Positions 14,293 through 25,159 of a DNA stretch of 64,000 nucleotides are shown one piece after another. Each line of letters begins with the position of its first letter. Positions within the stretch are counted from its first letter, which is position 1. The DNA is taken from contig OZ241362.1 of the NCBI GenBank assembly GCA_965200315.1, positions 4,064,001-4,128,000 of the forward strand, written 5' to 3'. This DNA comes from Candidatus Latescibacterota bacterium (GTDB taxonomy: Bacteria; Latescibacterota; UBA2968; UBA8231). The translations under genes were made by a program, and so were the position numbers. Under the pieces are notes generated by a model. The model was not told the origin of the DNA. It saw only the letters and a program-made list of their open reading frames with translations, and searched no databases.

Positions 14293-15510
14293 CTAAGAGC
14301 TGACAGCAGTGCGGGCCAGCCTGCGCTTAATGTTGGCTTGTATTACCACGTGATCGATTGCGGGCGCGAAGACATTGCCAAAGAGAATGGCCAGCATTAC
14401 GCCCTCGGGGAAGGCCGGATTGACCACGCGAATCAGCACGGTCATAAAGCCTATGAGTGCCCCGTACGCCCAACGGCCGGCCGGGGTCATGGAGGCCGAC
14501 ACTGGGTCCGTCGCCATATAAACGCAGCCAAAGGCATATCCGCCCAGCACCAAATGCCAAGCCGCGTTCATCTCGAACATCGGGTTGGTATTGCTGCCAA
14601 TCGCGTACAGCAACTCGGCGCAGACGACCGTGGCCGCCGTCATGCTGACGATAATTTGCCAAGAGCCGACCCTAGTCGCGATGAGGATGGCTGCGCCGAT
14701 CAGACAAGCTAGAGTCGATGTTTCGCCCATGGACCCGGGGATCGTGCCCAAGAAAGCCTGCGTCCAAGTCACCGAGCTGGTAAAGGCCGCCATGCCATCG
14801 GCCGCAGCAGCCCCTAGCGGGGTAGCGGACGTAAAGCCGTCGACCGCGACCCAAACCGCATCGCCGGTGATCTCGACGGGATACGCAAAATAGAGAAAAG
14901 CCCGCCCGGTCAGCGCTGGATTGAGGAAATTTTTACCGGTGCCGCCGAAGACCTCTTTGCCCAGTACTACACCGAAACTAATGCCAATGGCCACCTGCCA
15001 CAGTGGAATCGTCGGCGGTAGGGTCAAGGGAAAGAGCATGCCCGTGACCAAGAAGCCCTCGTTGATCTCGTGCTTGCGAACCATCGCGAAAAGCCCCTCC
15101 CACAAGCCGCCCACCATATTGCACACCAAAAAGACCGGAAAGAAATAGAGGAAGCCGTGGAATACATTGGCCAACGGGTTATGGGGATTGTAGCCGATGC
15201 CGAGGATGTCGATGATGATCCCGCGCCATTCGCCCGTCGTGGCGGCCCCCATCTGCTGCATGGCCAGATTGGCCTGATAGCCAGTGTTCCACATGGCCAT
15301 GAAGATGCAGGGCAAGAGCGCGACGACGACCGTAATCATGGTGCGCTTGAGGTCAATGCTGTCGCGCACGTGCGTCGGCCCCTCAGTGACGCGACCGGGC
15401 GTATATAAAAATGTATCGGCTGCCTCGTATAGAGCGTAGAATTTTTCCAGCCGTCCTCCCTTGTGGAAGAGAGGCTCGGCTTGGTCGAGCAGATCTCGCA
15501 ACACCTTCAT
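14293..15510 (-). CDS. nqrB: Na+-NQR B
   Basis: [30 protein letters not shown] site DGFTSATPL. Confidence 0.98.
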   Translation of the reverse strand: MKVLRDLLDQAEPLFHKGGRLEKFYALYEAADTFLYTPGRVTEGPTHVRDSIDLKRTMITVVVALLPCIFMAMWNTGYQANLAMQQMGAATTGEWRGIIIDILGIGYNPHNPLANVFHGFLYFFPVFLVCNMVGGLWEGLFAMVRKHEINEGFLVTGMLFPLTLPPTIPLWQVAIGISFGVVLGKEVFGGTGKNFLNPALTGRAFLYFAYPVEITGDAVWVAVDGFTSATPLGAAAADGMAAFTSSVTWTQAFLGTIPGSMGETSTLACLIGAAILIATRVGSWQIIVSMTAATVVCAELLYAIGSNTNPMFEMNAAWHLVLGGYAFGCVYMATDPVSASMTPAGRWAYGALIGFMTVLIRVVNPAFPEGVMLAILFGNVFAPAIDHVVIQANIKRRLARTAVSS

Positions 15511-15519
15511 TGAATGCGT

Positions 15520-16866
15520 CTATCCTTCTCTTTCAATTCTGTCCAAATTTCGTCGCAGCATGGGGCCATATTCGTACTTGCCGGGACACGCAAAAGTACA
15601 AAGCCCTAAGTCTTCCTCGTCTAGCTCCAGACAGCCGAGAGCTTGGGCGCGGTCCGTATCCTCGACGATAATGGCGCGAAGGAGAAAAGTCGCGAGGATG
15701 TCCAGCGGCATCACCTGCTCGTACGAGCCGATTGGCACCATGGCCCGGTCGCTGCCCTCGATCGAAGTAGTAAAATCGAAAAGTCGGTTGGGCAGCAGCT
15801 TGGAGGCAAAGACATTCTTGATGGAAAACTTATCGACGCCCGGTTTCTGCCACCCTAAGAACTCGCGCTCGCGGCCCTCGGCGAGCACCGAAACCTGCGC
15901 GTGGTAGCGGCCGAGAAAGTCCAAGGGGCCGGACGCTACCCGACCCGCTAGCACCGACCCGGCAATGATCCGATTCTCGCCCGGCTTGAGCTGGCCCGCC
16001 GTCAGCTCGCTCAGGCAGGCCCCTTGGCGGGTGCGCACCAAGCGCGGCTGTTCCACTTGGGGACCGCCCAAGGCCACGATGCGCTCGGTCCACAACGAGC
16101 CGGTGGCAAAGAGCTTACCGCAGGCCACCACGTCTTGGTAGCCAATGTACCAGACCGTTTTGGCTGCGCCGACCGGATCGAGAAAGTGGATGTGGGTGCC
16201 GGGCAATCCCGCGGGATGCGGGCCGGCAAATTCGACGACTTGGGCACCGTTGGCCGCGATGCTCGCATCGGGTGCCGTGCACACATAGACCGGCCCATCG
16301 GTGAGCTTACCCAGTATGGTCAAACCCCGAGCAAAGTCGTCTTCGTACTCGCGGAGCACGACTTGGGGATCGGCCGCGAGGGGATTGGTGTCCATCGCGG
16401 TGACGAAAATCGAGTGCGGCGCGCTGTCGGGCACGGGCACTTTGCTGTAGGGCCGCGTGCGCAGCGTGGTCCAAAGGCCAGACGCCACCAAGGTTTTGCG
16501 CACCTGCTCGCGGCTTAGCTGATCGGGTGCCGTGCGCGCGTACTGCTCAAAGCGCTCTTCCTCGTCTCCTGCGACCTCAATGACGACCGATAGCAAAGCG
16601 CGTTTGGTCCCGCGGTGGACACCGATCACTTTGCCGCTCGCCGGCGACGTATAGCGCACGCCCGGGAGACTCTTGTTTTCGAAGAGCAACTGCCCTTTTT
16701 TAACCGAATCGCCCTCGTTTACGGCCATCGTCGGCCGCAGGTCGATAGCGTCCGGTCCCAAGACGGCCACCTGCCCAATCGCTGGGCCGTCTTCGATCAC
16801 TTGCTCCGGCGCACCAGCAATGGGCAGGTCTAATCCTTTTTTTATTACAATTTTGCTACTGGCCAT
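15520..16866 (-). CDS. nqrA: Na+-NQR A
   Basis: [37 protein letters not shown]. Confidence 0.97.
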   Translation of the reverse strand: MASSKIVIKKGLDLPIAGAPEQVIEDGPAIGQVAVLGPDAIDLRPTMAVNEGDSVKKGQLLFENKSLPGVRYTSPASGKVIGVHRGTKRALLSVVIEVAGDEEERFEQYARTAPDQLSREQVRKTLVASGLWTTLRTRPYSKVPVPDSAPHSIFVTAMDTNPLAADPQVVLREYEDDFARGLTILGKLTDGPVYVCTAPDASIAANGAQVVEFAGPHPAGLPGTHIHFLDPVGAAKTVWYIGYQDVVACGKLFATGSLWTERIVALGGPQVEQPRLVRTRQGACLSELTAGQLKPGENRIIAGSVLAGRVASGPLDFLGRYHAQVSVLAEGREREFLGWQKPGVDKFSIKNVFASKLLPNRLFDFTTSIEGSDRAMVPIGSYEQVMPLDILATFLLRAIIVEDTDRAQALGCLELDEEDLGLCTFACPGKYEYGPMLRRNLDRIEREG

Positions 16867-17180
16867 TATGAGTGCCGCGCAATCCCCTTTCAAAAGTTAA
16901 ATATCACTAAACTGGCCGGTTTAAGCCAGCCAGTCCCATCCGTCAAAAAAACAGGATATTAATTCGTCGTTAAAGAGTCTTTATGTCTCATAATCGGCCA
17001 GATATTCAAAGCGCGGGCGCGCCTTCCAGCCCGTTTCCCTCCGCAAACAGCCTAAAAATAAAAGCCAAGAAGCGCGATGGAGCAAGCCATTTGCGCGACA
17101 GATGCGCTCCTACCGAACTTGCCAAACTGGGTGAAACCTCGGATTTTAGACGCTCATCCACCAAACTGATCAGAGGATTT

Positions 17181-18185
17181 ATGAGCCTGAATACGCCCAC
17201 AACGCGCGAGGAAATCGTCGCCCTCTACAAAAGTCCCATACTCGACCTCGTGTACCGCGCCGCCACCGTTCATCGCAAACACCACGATCCGCGGCAAGTA
17301 CAAGTCTGCACCCTGCTGTCGATCAAGACCGGCGGCTGTCCTGAAAATTGCAGCTATTGCTCTCAGTCGGCCCACTTTGATACGGGCCTCGAACGCCAAG
17401 ACCTGCTGTCGCTAGACGCCGTCCGCGCAGCCGCCGAGCGCGCCGCAGCCGCCGGAAGCACGCGCTTCTGCATGGGCGCGGCCTGGCGCCAAGTCCGCGA
17501 TGGCGCGGAATTCGACCGCGTGTTGGACATGGTGCGCACGGTCGCTGCCACCGGCATGGAAGTCTGCTGCACGTTGGGCATGCTCACCGCCAACCAAGCC
17601 CGCCAGTTGCGAGAAGCTGGACTCCACGCGTACAACCACAACTTGGACACCGGGGAAAACTACTACCCCGAAATCGTCTCCACCCGCACCTATCGCGACC
17701 GCCTCAAAACCCTAGGCCACGTCGGTCGCGCCGGGCTATCGGTCTGCTGCGGCGGCATCTTGGGCATGGGCGAAAGCGACGAAGACCGCATCGACCTGCT
17801 CTGCGCGCTCTTGCAGCTACCAACGCCGCCGGAATCCATACCGGTCAACTCCCTAGTACCCATCGCCGGTACGCCGCTGGGCGGCCGCGAAACGGTGACC
17901 GCATGGGAGCTCGTCCGCATGATCGCCTGCGCTCGCATCCTCTTTCCCTCGGCTATGGTGCGCCTCTCGGCCGGCCGCGATCAGCTCTCGACAGCCGAAC
18001 AAGCTCTGTGCTTTTTGGCCGGAGCTAATTCCATCTTCTCGGGCGACCGCCTGTTGACTACTCCCCACCCTGGCACCGACGCCGACCAAGCCCTCTTCGA
18101 CTTGCTCGACCTAGAAGCGCGGCCGCCGCAGGGGGCTTCAGAGCGCGTCGAGCAGCTCGCAGAAGCAGTCGTAGATCGAAGCTAA
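17181..18185 (+). CDS. bioB: biotin synthase
   Basis: CPENCSYC radical SAM motif, YNHNLDT, GANSIF. ATG 17181 follows AGAGGA. Confidence 0.97.
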   Translation: MSLNTPTTREEIVALYKSPILDLVYRAATVHRKHHDPRQVQVCTLLSIKTGGCPENCSYCSQSAHFDTGLERQDLLSLDAVRAAAERAAAAGSTRFCMGAAWRQVRDGAEFDRVLDMVRTVAATGMEVCCTLGMLTANQARQLREAGLHAYNHNLDTGENYYPEIVSTRTYRDRLKTLGHVGRAGLSVCCGGILGMGESDEDRIDLLCALLQLPTPPESIPVNSLVPIAGTPLGGRETVTAWELVRMIACARILFPSAMVRLSAGRDQLSTAEQALCFLAGANSIFSGDRLLTTPHPGTDADQALFDLLDLEARPPQGASERVEQLAEAVVDRS

Positions 18186-19409
18186 CTGCTGCCGCTCAAT
18201 GCAGTAGGGCGGCAGCACGTACACGCTGTTGCCTAGGGGCCGCAGCAGGAATCCCCGCGCCAAAAATCGCTCCTTCAGCAGCGGTCCCACCCCTTCCTCA
18301 CCTTCGACAATCACGTCCGCCGCCACAATCGTACCGCACACCCGCACCCGCTTGAGCCGCTGGTGGCCGCGCAGGCGCACCCCTTCCTCGCGCTGCCAAG
18401 CTGCTAGGCGGCGGAAAGGCTCGCTAGCGAGCAGATCCAGCGAGGCCAGCGCAGCCGCGCACCCCAAGGGATTGGCCGTATAGGAATGCCCGTGATAGAA
18501 GGTTTTAGCAGGGTCGTCGCTATAGAAGGCTGAGAAAACCCGCTCGCTGCAAACGGTGGCTGCCATAGGCAGAAAGCCGCCGGTCAGCCCCTTGGCCAAG
18601 CAGATGATGTCCGGTTGGGTCGCGGCTTTCTCACAGGCAAAGAGCACCCCGGTGCGGCCAAATCCGGTCAGCACCTCGTCGTAGATGGCCAACACGTCGC
18701 GTTGGCGCAAAAGCGCCTGCACGGCCGCGAGAAAATGCGGGCGGCACATCCGCATACCCCCAGCACCCTGCACCAGCGGCTCGAGTATCATGGCCGCGTA
18801 CTGGCTAGGCCGGTATGCCAACAGCTCCTCCAACCGCACAAGTGCCTGCGCTTCTTTAGCCTCTACCTCCCCATCGCCTTCCCAAGTGGCCGGAAAGGGC
18901 ACGGCGTCCGTCGGAAAGAGCAAGTCGGCAAAAGGGCGCGTAAAAAGCGAGCGTTCCCCCACCGACATCGCCCCAAGTGTGTCGCCGTGATAGGCACCCT
19001 CAAAACGCAGAAAGCGCCTGCGATCTCGCTCGCCTTGGTTGCGCCAAAACTGATAGGCCAGCTTGAGCGCGACCTCCACGGCCGTCGAGCCATCGTCCGA
19101 GTAGAAGACCCACTTTAGTGGCGCCGGCAAGGCATCCACCAGCCGCCGGGCCAACTCTTCGGCCGGGCGATGGGTAAATCCAGCCGCTATTACCTGTTCC
19201 AACTCTTTGGCCTGCTCGGCCACCGCGGCGGCGATTTCGGGCTGACCGTGGCCGTGCAAGGTCACCCACCAGCTCGAAATGCAGTCGAGGAGCTGCCGAC
19301 CATCCTCCAACTCTAGCACGGCCCCGCGACCAGTCCGCACTTGCTGCACCGGCAGCGCCGCCTTCATCTGGGTGAAAGGCGACCACACGTGGGAAGTACG
19401 CTCAGTCAT
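18138..19409 (-). CDS. bioA: DAPA aminotransferase
   Basis: WSPFTQM, SSWWVTLHGH, YHGDT, DEVLTGFGRTG, AKGLTGG. Confidence 0.96.
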   Translation of the reverse strand: MTERTSHVWSPFTQMKAALPVQQVRTGRGAVLELEDGRQLLDCISSWWVTLHGHGQPEIAAAVAEQAKELEQVIAAGFTHRPAEELARRLVDALPAPLKWVFYSDDGSTAVEVALKLAYQFWRNQGERDRRRFLRFEGAYHGDTLGAMSVGERSLFTRPFADLLFPTDAVPFPATWEGDGEVEAKEAQALVRLEELLAYRPSQYAAMILEPLVQGAGGMRMCRPHFLAAVQALLRQRDVLAIYDEVLTGFGRTGVLFACEKAATQPDIICLAKGLTGGFLPMAATVCSERVFSAFYSDDPAKTFYHGHSYTANPLGCAAALASLDLLASEPFRRLAAWQREEGVRLRGHQRLKRVRVCGTIVAADVIVEGEEGVGPLLKERFLARGFLLRPLGNSVYVLPPYCIERQQLASIYDCFCELLDAL

Positions 19410-20025
19410 GGCGACCAAAATAGCGAACAAAAAGCGCCCGGACCTTGGCGGGAGACAGCTCCATCCGACGGTCAATTGCAGCCAGCACAGGTACCTCTCC
19501 GTAGTGCGCGATAGCTTGGCAGTTGGCTGGATTGGAAGGACCGTTGACCACCACGCCCAAGAGCGGGCAACCTCGGCGGCGCAATTGGTCTAGAGTCAAT
19601 AGCGTATGATTGATGGTGCCCAATTCGCTACGCGCTACTACCAGCACCGGCAGTCCCAGATCGACCATCAAATCGACCATCAGGTGCCGGTCGTCGAGCG
19701 GCACCATAACCCCGCCAGCCCCTTCGACGATCAAGCGCTTCTGCTTGGGCAGTGCAAAGCAACTCATATCGATCCGCACGCCCTCGCGCCGGGCCGCCTC
19801 GTGCGGCGACAGAGGAGCGTGCAAGCGATAAGTCTCCGGCAGAACGCGCTCGGCTGGTAGGCCAGTGACGCGCCGTACCCAATCGGCGTCCGCATCGGCT
19901 CCGCTTTGCACGGGCTTCCAATAGGCGGCCTCCAACCCCACGGCCAGCAAAGCCGCGACATAGGACTTGCCAACGCCCGTATCCGTGCCGGTGACGAACA
20001 AGCGCGTGGGCAGTTCAGCCGCCAC
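19402..20025 (-). CDS. bioD: dethiobiotin synthase
   Basis: FVTGTDTGVGKS, KPVQSG, VEGAGG, LGTINHT. Confidence 0.96.
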   Translation of the reverse strand: MAAELPTRLFVTGTDTGVGKSYVAALLAVGLEAAYWKPVQSGADADADWVRRVTGLPAERVLPETYRLHAPLSPHEAARREGVRIDMSCFALPKQKRLIVEGAGGVMVPLDDRHLMVDLMVDLGLPVLVVARSELGTINHTLLTLDQLRRRGCPLLGVVVNGPSNPANCQAIAHYGEVPVLAAIDRRMELSPAKVRALFVRYFGRHD

Positions 20026-20821
20026 AGCCCCTCGTTTTCTCTACGGATAAATAATGAATAACGCACGTGATCTCCACGCCGTTGGGGCAGTCGCTATCCC
20101 AGCCGCGCAAGAGCTGGCGCAATTGCGCTGGATCAAGGGCACTCAGCCGCATCGGCGTGTGGGCACCCGTGCGCTTGAGGTGGCGCAAAAAGGCGCACGC
20201 GGTTGGAAAGCGCAGCACGATCACTTGCTGCCATTGGCGCACTGCGACCGGCTCGGCCGCGAATGCGCGGGCGACAGAGGCTAAGTCGGGCAAGTCATTG
20301 GCACTACAGGGGACGCCTTGGCGCACACATTGGCGGTGCCATTCGGCGTATGAACCTGCCCCCGGATAGGAGCAGAGCAATCGCCCGCCGGGTTTGAGCG
20401 CGGCCAATAGCTGATGCAGCCCAGCTCGCAAATCGGCAAACCAGTGGACCACAAAGCTGGCGCAGATCAAGGCGTAGCGTCCCTCGCTTCCTAGCTGCTC
20501 CCCATCCAAGACTCGGTAGCAGATGTCTGGATGGGCGGCCTCGGCGGCCATTTTTTGCCGACAATACGCGACCATGGTTGGCGCAAGGTCGGTCAACTCC
20601 AAGCGACGCCCGGGGAAGAGCGCGGCCAGGGGTGCGCTCAAAAATCCCGTGCCGCATCCAATTTCGAGCACTGGGCCTTCCACTAGATCTTCGGCGCACT
20701 CGGCAGCACATTTGGCCAAAGTAGCAGCCCCAGCGCGCTGCTCCTCGGCGTGGCAGTCGTACGTCGAGGCGCTGCGAGAGAAATTCTCCACGACGCGCGC
20801 TTTGAAACTCGCTTCCGTCAT
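20015..20821 (-). CDS. bioC: malonyl-ACP O-methyltransferase
   Basis: FSRSA.TYD..A..Q, LEIGCGTG SAM motif; bio operon context. Confidence 0.88.
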   Translation of the reverse strand: MTEASFKARVVENFSRSASTYDCHAEEQRAGAATLAKCAAECAEDLVEGPVLEIGCGTGFLSAPLAALFPGRRLELTDLAPTMVAYCRQKMAAEAAHPDICYRVLDGEQLGSEGRYALICASFVVHWFADLRAGLHQLLAALKPGGRLLCSYPGAGSYAEWHRQCVRQGVPCSANDLPDLASVARAFAAEPVAVRQWQQVIVLRFPTACAFLRHLKRTGAHTPMRLSALDPAQLRQLLRGWDSDCPNGVEITCVIHYLSVEKTRGCGG

Positions 20822-21477
20822 ACAGGATGTATCCCGCGCCAAGCCCGTTCAACTCGTTCCCAACACGCACAGGGATGCGTCAGGGGCAGCGCGTGACCCG
20901 CCTCCGCGACGATCTCAAGTGCGCTGTTGGGCAGTAGCTCGCGCAACTCCTCGGCCCGCTCCACAGGCACCACGCGGTCGCGACTGCCGTGCAAAATGAG
21001 CACCTGTGCTGCAGCCGGTATCGCGGCTAGTTCAAGCACGCTCTCCTGCAACAGTTGCAAATCGCGGCGCAAACCGTCGGCATCAATAGCCCCAGTCCAG
21101 TGCCTATCTGCTGGTGCGCCACAACGGGCGTAAAAATCGGCCAACAAGGCCGCTGGCTCGCGCTCCAAGCGCGCCAGCATCTGCTCCACTGTGCGGCGCG
21201 AGCGCCGGGCTTGGCGGGCACACGACGAGTGAAAGCTGCCAAAGCCGCTGATGACCACGATCAACTCCGCCGCACCCATCTGCGGCAACAACAGGTGCAA
21301 GCCGAGGGAGTGCGCCAAAACGATGCGCGGCTGGGCCGCAACCGCCACGGCTGAGCCAAAGTACCCTCGGTCCGGGCAGTGCAGCGCAAAGTTAGCAGGT
21401 AAGACATCCCGCCAGCGATCCCAGCACCAAGCGCCAAAGCCCCACCCGTGTTGGGCCACCACGTCAACGACGGCCAT
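20818..21477 (-). CDS. bioH: pimeloyl-ACP methyl ester esterase (BioH-like alpha/beta hydrolase)
   Basis: HGWG, AHSLG nucleophile motif, HGSRDRVVP, GHALP; lies between bioF and bioC. Confidence 0.75.
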   Translation of the reverse strand: MAVVDVVAQHGWGFGAWCWDRWRDVLPANFALHCPDRGYFGSAVAVAAQPRIVLAHSLGLHLLLPQMGAAELIVVISGFGSFHSSCARQARRSRRTVEQMLARLEREPAALLADFYARCGAPADRHWTGAIDADGLRRDLQLLQESVLELAAIPAAAQVLILHGSRDRVVPVERAEELRELLPNSALEIVAEAGHALPLTHPCACWERVERAWRGIHPV

Positions 21478-22630
21478 TGCGCCACCTCTGTAGCAATTCA
21501 ATTAGCATATCGAGGTCGCTCCGCTGGTGCAGAACACTGAGCGCCAAGCGAATCCTCGCCCGGCCCGGCTCGACCGTCGGAGGACGAACGGCTACCGCTA
21601 GGACGCCGTTTTCTTCTAGATAGACATTCAGAGCCAGCGCCTCGCCCTCCGCACCCACCATCAGCGGCACGATCTGCGCGGTCGCCGCGCCCGTGTCCCA
21701 GCCTTGCGCCCTGAGCGCGTCGCGCAAATAGTCGGCATGGGCGAGCAATGTTCGGCGCGCTGCATCCATCTGCGGCACCAACTCTAGCGCTGCATCCACC
21801 GCGCCCAAGACAGCGGGTGGCAGCGCGGTCGTGTAGATAAACCCCGGGCAGCAGTTGACCAAGTACTCCCACAGCTTCTCGCCGCAAGCCACGTACGCCC
21901 CAAAAGACCCAAGCGCCTTGCCAAACGTGCCAACGCATACGTCCACGTCCTTGCCGCACGTCAGCCCCATTCCCCGCTCGCCCAAAACGCCCGTGGCGTG
22001 CGCTTCGTCGATGACCAGCAGCGCGTCGAATTCCCCAGCCAACTCGACGAGCGCGTCGATGTCGCTGACGTCGCCGTCCATGCTAAACACCGATTCGGTG
22101 ACAATCACCCGGCGCGAGTGCGCCGCTCCCGCGCTTTCTGCCAGCAGGGTGCGCAGGTGCTCCAAGTCGCCGTGGTGGTAGCGCCGCGTCCGACAGCGCC
22201 CCAAGACCGCTCCTTGCACCAAGCTATTGTGGCAGAGCCGGTCGAGCAGGATGAGCGCGCGCCGGTCGACCAGCGTCGGCAGCAGCGAAACGTTGGCCTG
22301 ATATCCAGAATTGAGCACCAGCGCCCGCTCGGTCTGCTTGAGTTTGGCCAAGGTCTGCTCCACCTGTGCAAAGCCCGGCTGAGAGCCACAAATCAAGCGC
22401 GCGGCCGTGGCACCGGCCCCGTAGCGCTCGGCGCACTCAATGGCCCGCGCCTGCAACAGCGGGTGCGACGCCAAGCCGAGATAGTCGTTGGAACTAAAAT
22501 TGACCAACTCGCGGCCATGGGCGCGAACGCGCACACCGCCGCACGGCTCCCAAGTTCGCAACGACCGCATCTGCCCGGCTTGTTGTCGCCGCGCCAATTC
22601 GGCGTGAATAAAATCGAATTTCGCCTGCAT
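21464..22630 (-). CDS. bioF: 8-amino-7-oxononanoate synthase
   Basis: FSSNDYLGL, ESVFSMDGD, DEAHA, TFGKALG. Confidence 0.96.
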   Translation of the reverse strand: MQAKFDFIHAELARRQQAGQMRSLRTWEPCGGVRVRAHGRELVNFSSNDYLGLASHPLLQARAIECAERYGAGATAARLICGSQPGFAQVEQTLAKLKQTERALVLNSGYQANVSLLPTLVDRRALILLDRLCHNSLVQGAVLGRCRTRRYHHGDLEHLRTLLAESAGAAHSRRVIVTESVFSMDGDVSDIDALVELAGEFDALLVIDEAHATGVLGERGMGLTCGKDVDVCVGTFGKALGSFGAYVACGEKLWEYLVNCCPGFIYTTALPPAVLGAVDAALELVPQMDAARRTLLAHADYLRDALRAQGWDTGAATAQIVPLMVGAEGEALALNVYLEENGVLAVAVRPPTVEPGRARIRLALSVLHQRSDLDMLIELLQRWRNGRR

Positions 22631-22737
22631 AAGGGTGAAGCTGTGCCAAATGGTCCGCCTAGGCAAGCTGCCTATAGACTTGCCGCACAAGGTCCGCCGC
22701 TCTATACTATCGCCTGTAAACTTGCTCCTTGGCTGCC

Positions 22738-23622
22738 ATGGCGACGACCAATAAAATTACCATTTCTTCGCTCCAGTCCAAAAAGGAGCGGGGCCAGAAG
22801 ATCTGCATGTTGACGGCCTACGACTACCCCACGGCCGCGCTGCAAGACGAAGCCGGCCTCGACGTGATCTTGGTCGGCGACTCTGTGGGCACCAACGTCT
22901 TGGGCTATCGCGGCCCGCAACAGGTGACCATGGACGACATCCTACATCACCTGCGGGCGGTGCGCCGGGCAGTGCGCCGGGCCTTTCTCCTCGCCGATCT
23001 ACCCTTCATGTCCTTTCAGCCGTCGGTCGAGACCGCGGTCAAAAACGCCGGGTGCTTGGTGCAAGAGGGCGGGGCCGAAGGCGTCAAATTAGAGGGCGGC
23101 CTGCCGGTCTTGCCCCAGCTAAAAGCCATCGTTGACGCCGGCATTCCGGTCGTCGGCCACCTCGGATTTACCCCGCAGTCCCAAGCCCGCGAATTCTACC
23201 TGTTCAGCGACCGGCGCGGCACGGTCCCCAAGTTTCACGGCAAGGGGCCAAAGGGGGCCAAAGCCCTCGTCGAGCAGGCCCTGCATTTGGAGGACGCCGG
23301 CGTGTTCTCCTTGGTTTTGGAGATGGTTACTGAAGAGGCCGCCCAAGCCGTCGCCGAGCGGCTCAAAATTCCGGTCATCGGCATCGGCGCTGGCCGCTAT
23401 TGCGACGGCCAAGTGCTTATTGTCCACGACCTCGTCGGCCTCAACAAAGAAGCCCTAATCCTGACCAAAGCCTACGGCCAAACGCGCCAAGATTGGCTCG
23501 AAATGTTCAAAACGTACTGCCGAGAAGTCGCCGAAGGCCGCTTCCCAACGGCCGAAAACACAGCGCACATGGCCCCGGAAAAACGCGCTCAACTAGACCC
23601 ATTGCTCAGCGATAACGGATAG
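22738..23622 (+). CDS. panB: 3-methyl-2-oxobutanoate hydroxymethyltransferase
   Basis: MLTAYD, LVGDS, VKLEGG, GHLGFTPQS, IGIGAG. Confidence 0.97.
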   Translation: MATTNKITISSLQSKKERGQKICMLTAYDYPTAALQDEAGLDVILVGDSVGTNVLGYRGPQQVTMDDILHHLRAVRRAVRRAFLLADLPFMSFQPSVETAVKNAGCLVQEGGAEGVKLEGGLPVLPQLKAIVDAGIPVVGHLGFTPQSQAREFYLFSDRRGTVPKFHGKGPKGAKALVEQALHLEDAGVFSLVLEMVTEEAAQAVAERLKIPVIGIGAGRYCDGQVLIVHDLVGLNKEALILTKAYGQTRQDWLEMFKTYCREVAEGRFPTAENTAHMAPEKRAQLDPLLSDNG

Positions 23623-23653
23623 GATCGCTAATCCTTCGAGAGGAAAATTTCCC

Positions 23654-25156
23654 ATGCGCTTACTCTACGCTGCCGCTCTGATTTTGTTGACCACCGCCCC
23701 CACTCTAGCCCAAGATGCCGAACAAAACTGGATTCAAACAATAGACGGTCTTTTCGCCGATACCGTGTCTCTGATGGGAGGCGTTCTCTTCGCCGACCTA
23801 GGCACAAAAATTCCCCTCATCATCTGGGTGCTCGTCCTAGGCGGTATCTACTATTCGTTCTATTTCGGCTGGATCTCCCTGCGCGGGTTCCGCCACTCCA
23901 TCGATGTCATCCGCGGCCGCTACGACGACCCCAACGATCCGGGCGAAATTTCCCATTTCCAAGCCCTCACCAGCGCCCTGTCGGCTACCATCGGCCTCGG
24001 TAACATCGCCGGCGTCGCCATTGCTGTCAGCTTGGGCGGGCCGGGTGCGGTCTTCTGGATGCTCCTGACCGCCTTGTTCGGCATGTCATCCAAGCTCGCT
24101 TCCTGTACCCTAGCCGTCATGTACCGCAAAATTCACCCCGACGGCCGCATCGCCGGCGGGCCGATGTACTACCTAGAGAACGGGCTTGCTAGCAAAGGAC
24201 TCAAGTCGTTGGGCCGCGTCTTCGCCATTTTGTTCGCCATTTTTGCCATCGGTGGCGCCCTCGGCGGCGGCAACATGTTCCAAGTCAACCAGACGATCGA
24301 GATCCTCTCCACCGTATCCCCGGCTGTAGGAGACTACAACTGGGCCTTCGGCATCCTCTTCGCCTTGCTGGTTTCCTTGGTCATCATCGGCGGCATCAAA
24401 CGGATCGGCCGCGTCACCTCGCGGATCGTGCCCTTCATGTGCTTGCTCTACGTGGCCTTCTCGCTTCTCATCATCCTGTCGAACATCACCCAAGTGCCCG
24501 CCATGATCGCGACTATTTTCCGCGAAGCATTCTCGCCGCAAGCTATGTACGGAGGCTTTTTGGGCGTCCTTATCATGGGCGTCAGGCGAGCAGCCTTCTC
24601 CAATGAGGCCGGCCTTGGCTCTGCGGCCTTTGCCCACGCTGCGGCCCGCACCAACGAGCCGGCCCGCGAGGGTATGGTCGCCATGATCGGCCCGTTCATA
24701 GACACGATCGTGATATGCTTGATGACCGCTTTGGTCTGCATGATCACCGGGGTGTATACCGACCCCCAGTTCCAATCAAGCGATAGTATCGTGGGGGCCA
24801 AAATGACCGCTGCGGCCTTTGATTCATTCCTGCCTGGTGCCCGCTACGTCCTCGCCATTGGCGTCATGCTCTTTGCGTACTCGACCATGATATCGTGGTC
24901 GTACTATGGGGAGCGGGCGTGGGAGTACCTCTTTGGCAACCGCGTCGTCCTCATCTACCGGATCATCTTCGTCGGCTTCGTCTTCCTAGGCTCAATTATC
25001 ACGCTTAGGAACGTACTCAACTTTACCGATATGCTCATTTTGAGCATGGCCTTTCCCAACATCATCGGCGGCATCATCCTCAGCCCGCAGATCAAGGCGT
25101 GCCTGCAAGAGTACTGGGGCCGGCTGAAAAGCGGCCAGATGAAGCGCTACAAGTAG
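23654..25156 (+). CDS. alanine/glycine:cation symporter (AGCS)
   Basis: IGLGNIAGVA, GGPGAVFW, GGPMYY, FSNEAGLGS, SWSYYG. Confidence 0.93.
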   Translation: MRLLYAAALILLTTAPTLAQDAEQNWIQTIDGLFADTVSLMGGVLFADLGTKIPLIIWVLVLGGIYYSFYFGWISLRGFRHSIDVIRGRYDDPNDPGEISHFQALTSALSATIGLGNIAGVAIAVSLGGPGAVFWMLLTALFGMSSKLASCTLAVMYRKIHPDGRIAGGPMYYLENGLASKGLKSLGRVFAILFAIFAIGGALGGGNMFQVNQTIEILSTVSPAVGDYNWAFGILFALLVSLVIIGGIKRIGRVTSRIVPFMCLLYVAFSLLIILSNITQVPAMIATIFREAFSPQAMYGGFLGVLIMGVRRAAFSNEAGLGSAAFAHAAARTNEPAREGMVAMIGPFIDTIVICLMTALVCMITGVYTDPQFQSSDSIVGAKMTAAAFDSFLPGARYVLAIGVMLFAYSTMISWSYYGERAWEYLFGNRVVLIYRIIFVGFVFLGSIITLRNVLNFTDMLILSMAFPNIIGGIILSPQIKACLQEYWGRLKSGQMKRYK

Positions 25157-25159
25157 AGT

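Noticed and set aside
16983-17180. N-terminal extensions in the ORF track (bioB, atpA, atpD, aceF, lpdA, mutY and others)
   Set aside because: Downstream starts have an RBS or translational coupling and match family N-termini.
22715-22721. BirA operator upstream of bioF
   Set aside because: Only one TGTAAAC half-site; no matching inverted half at the expected spacing.
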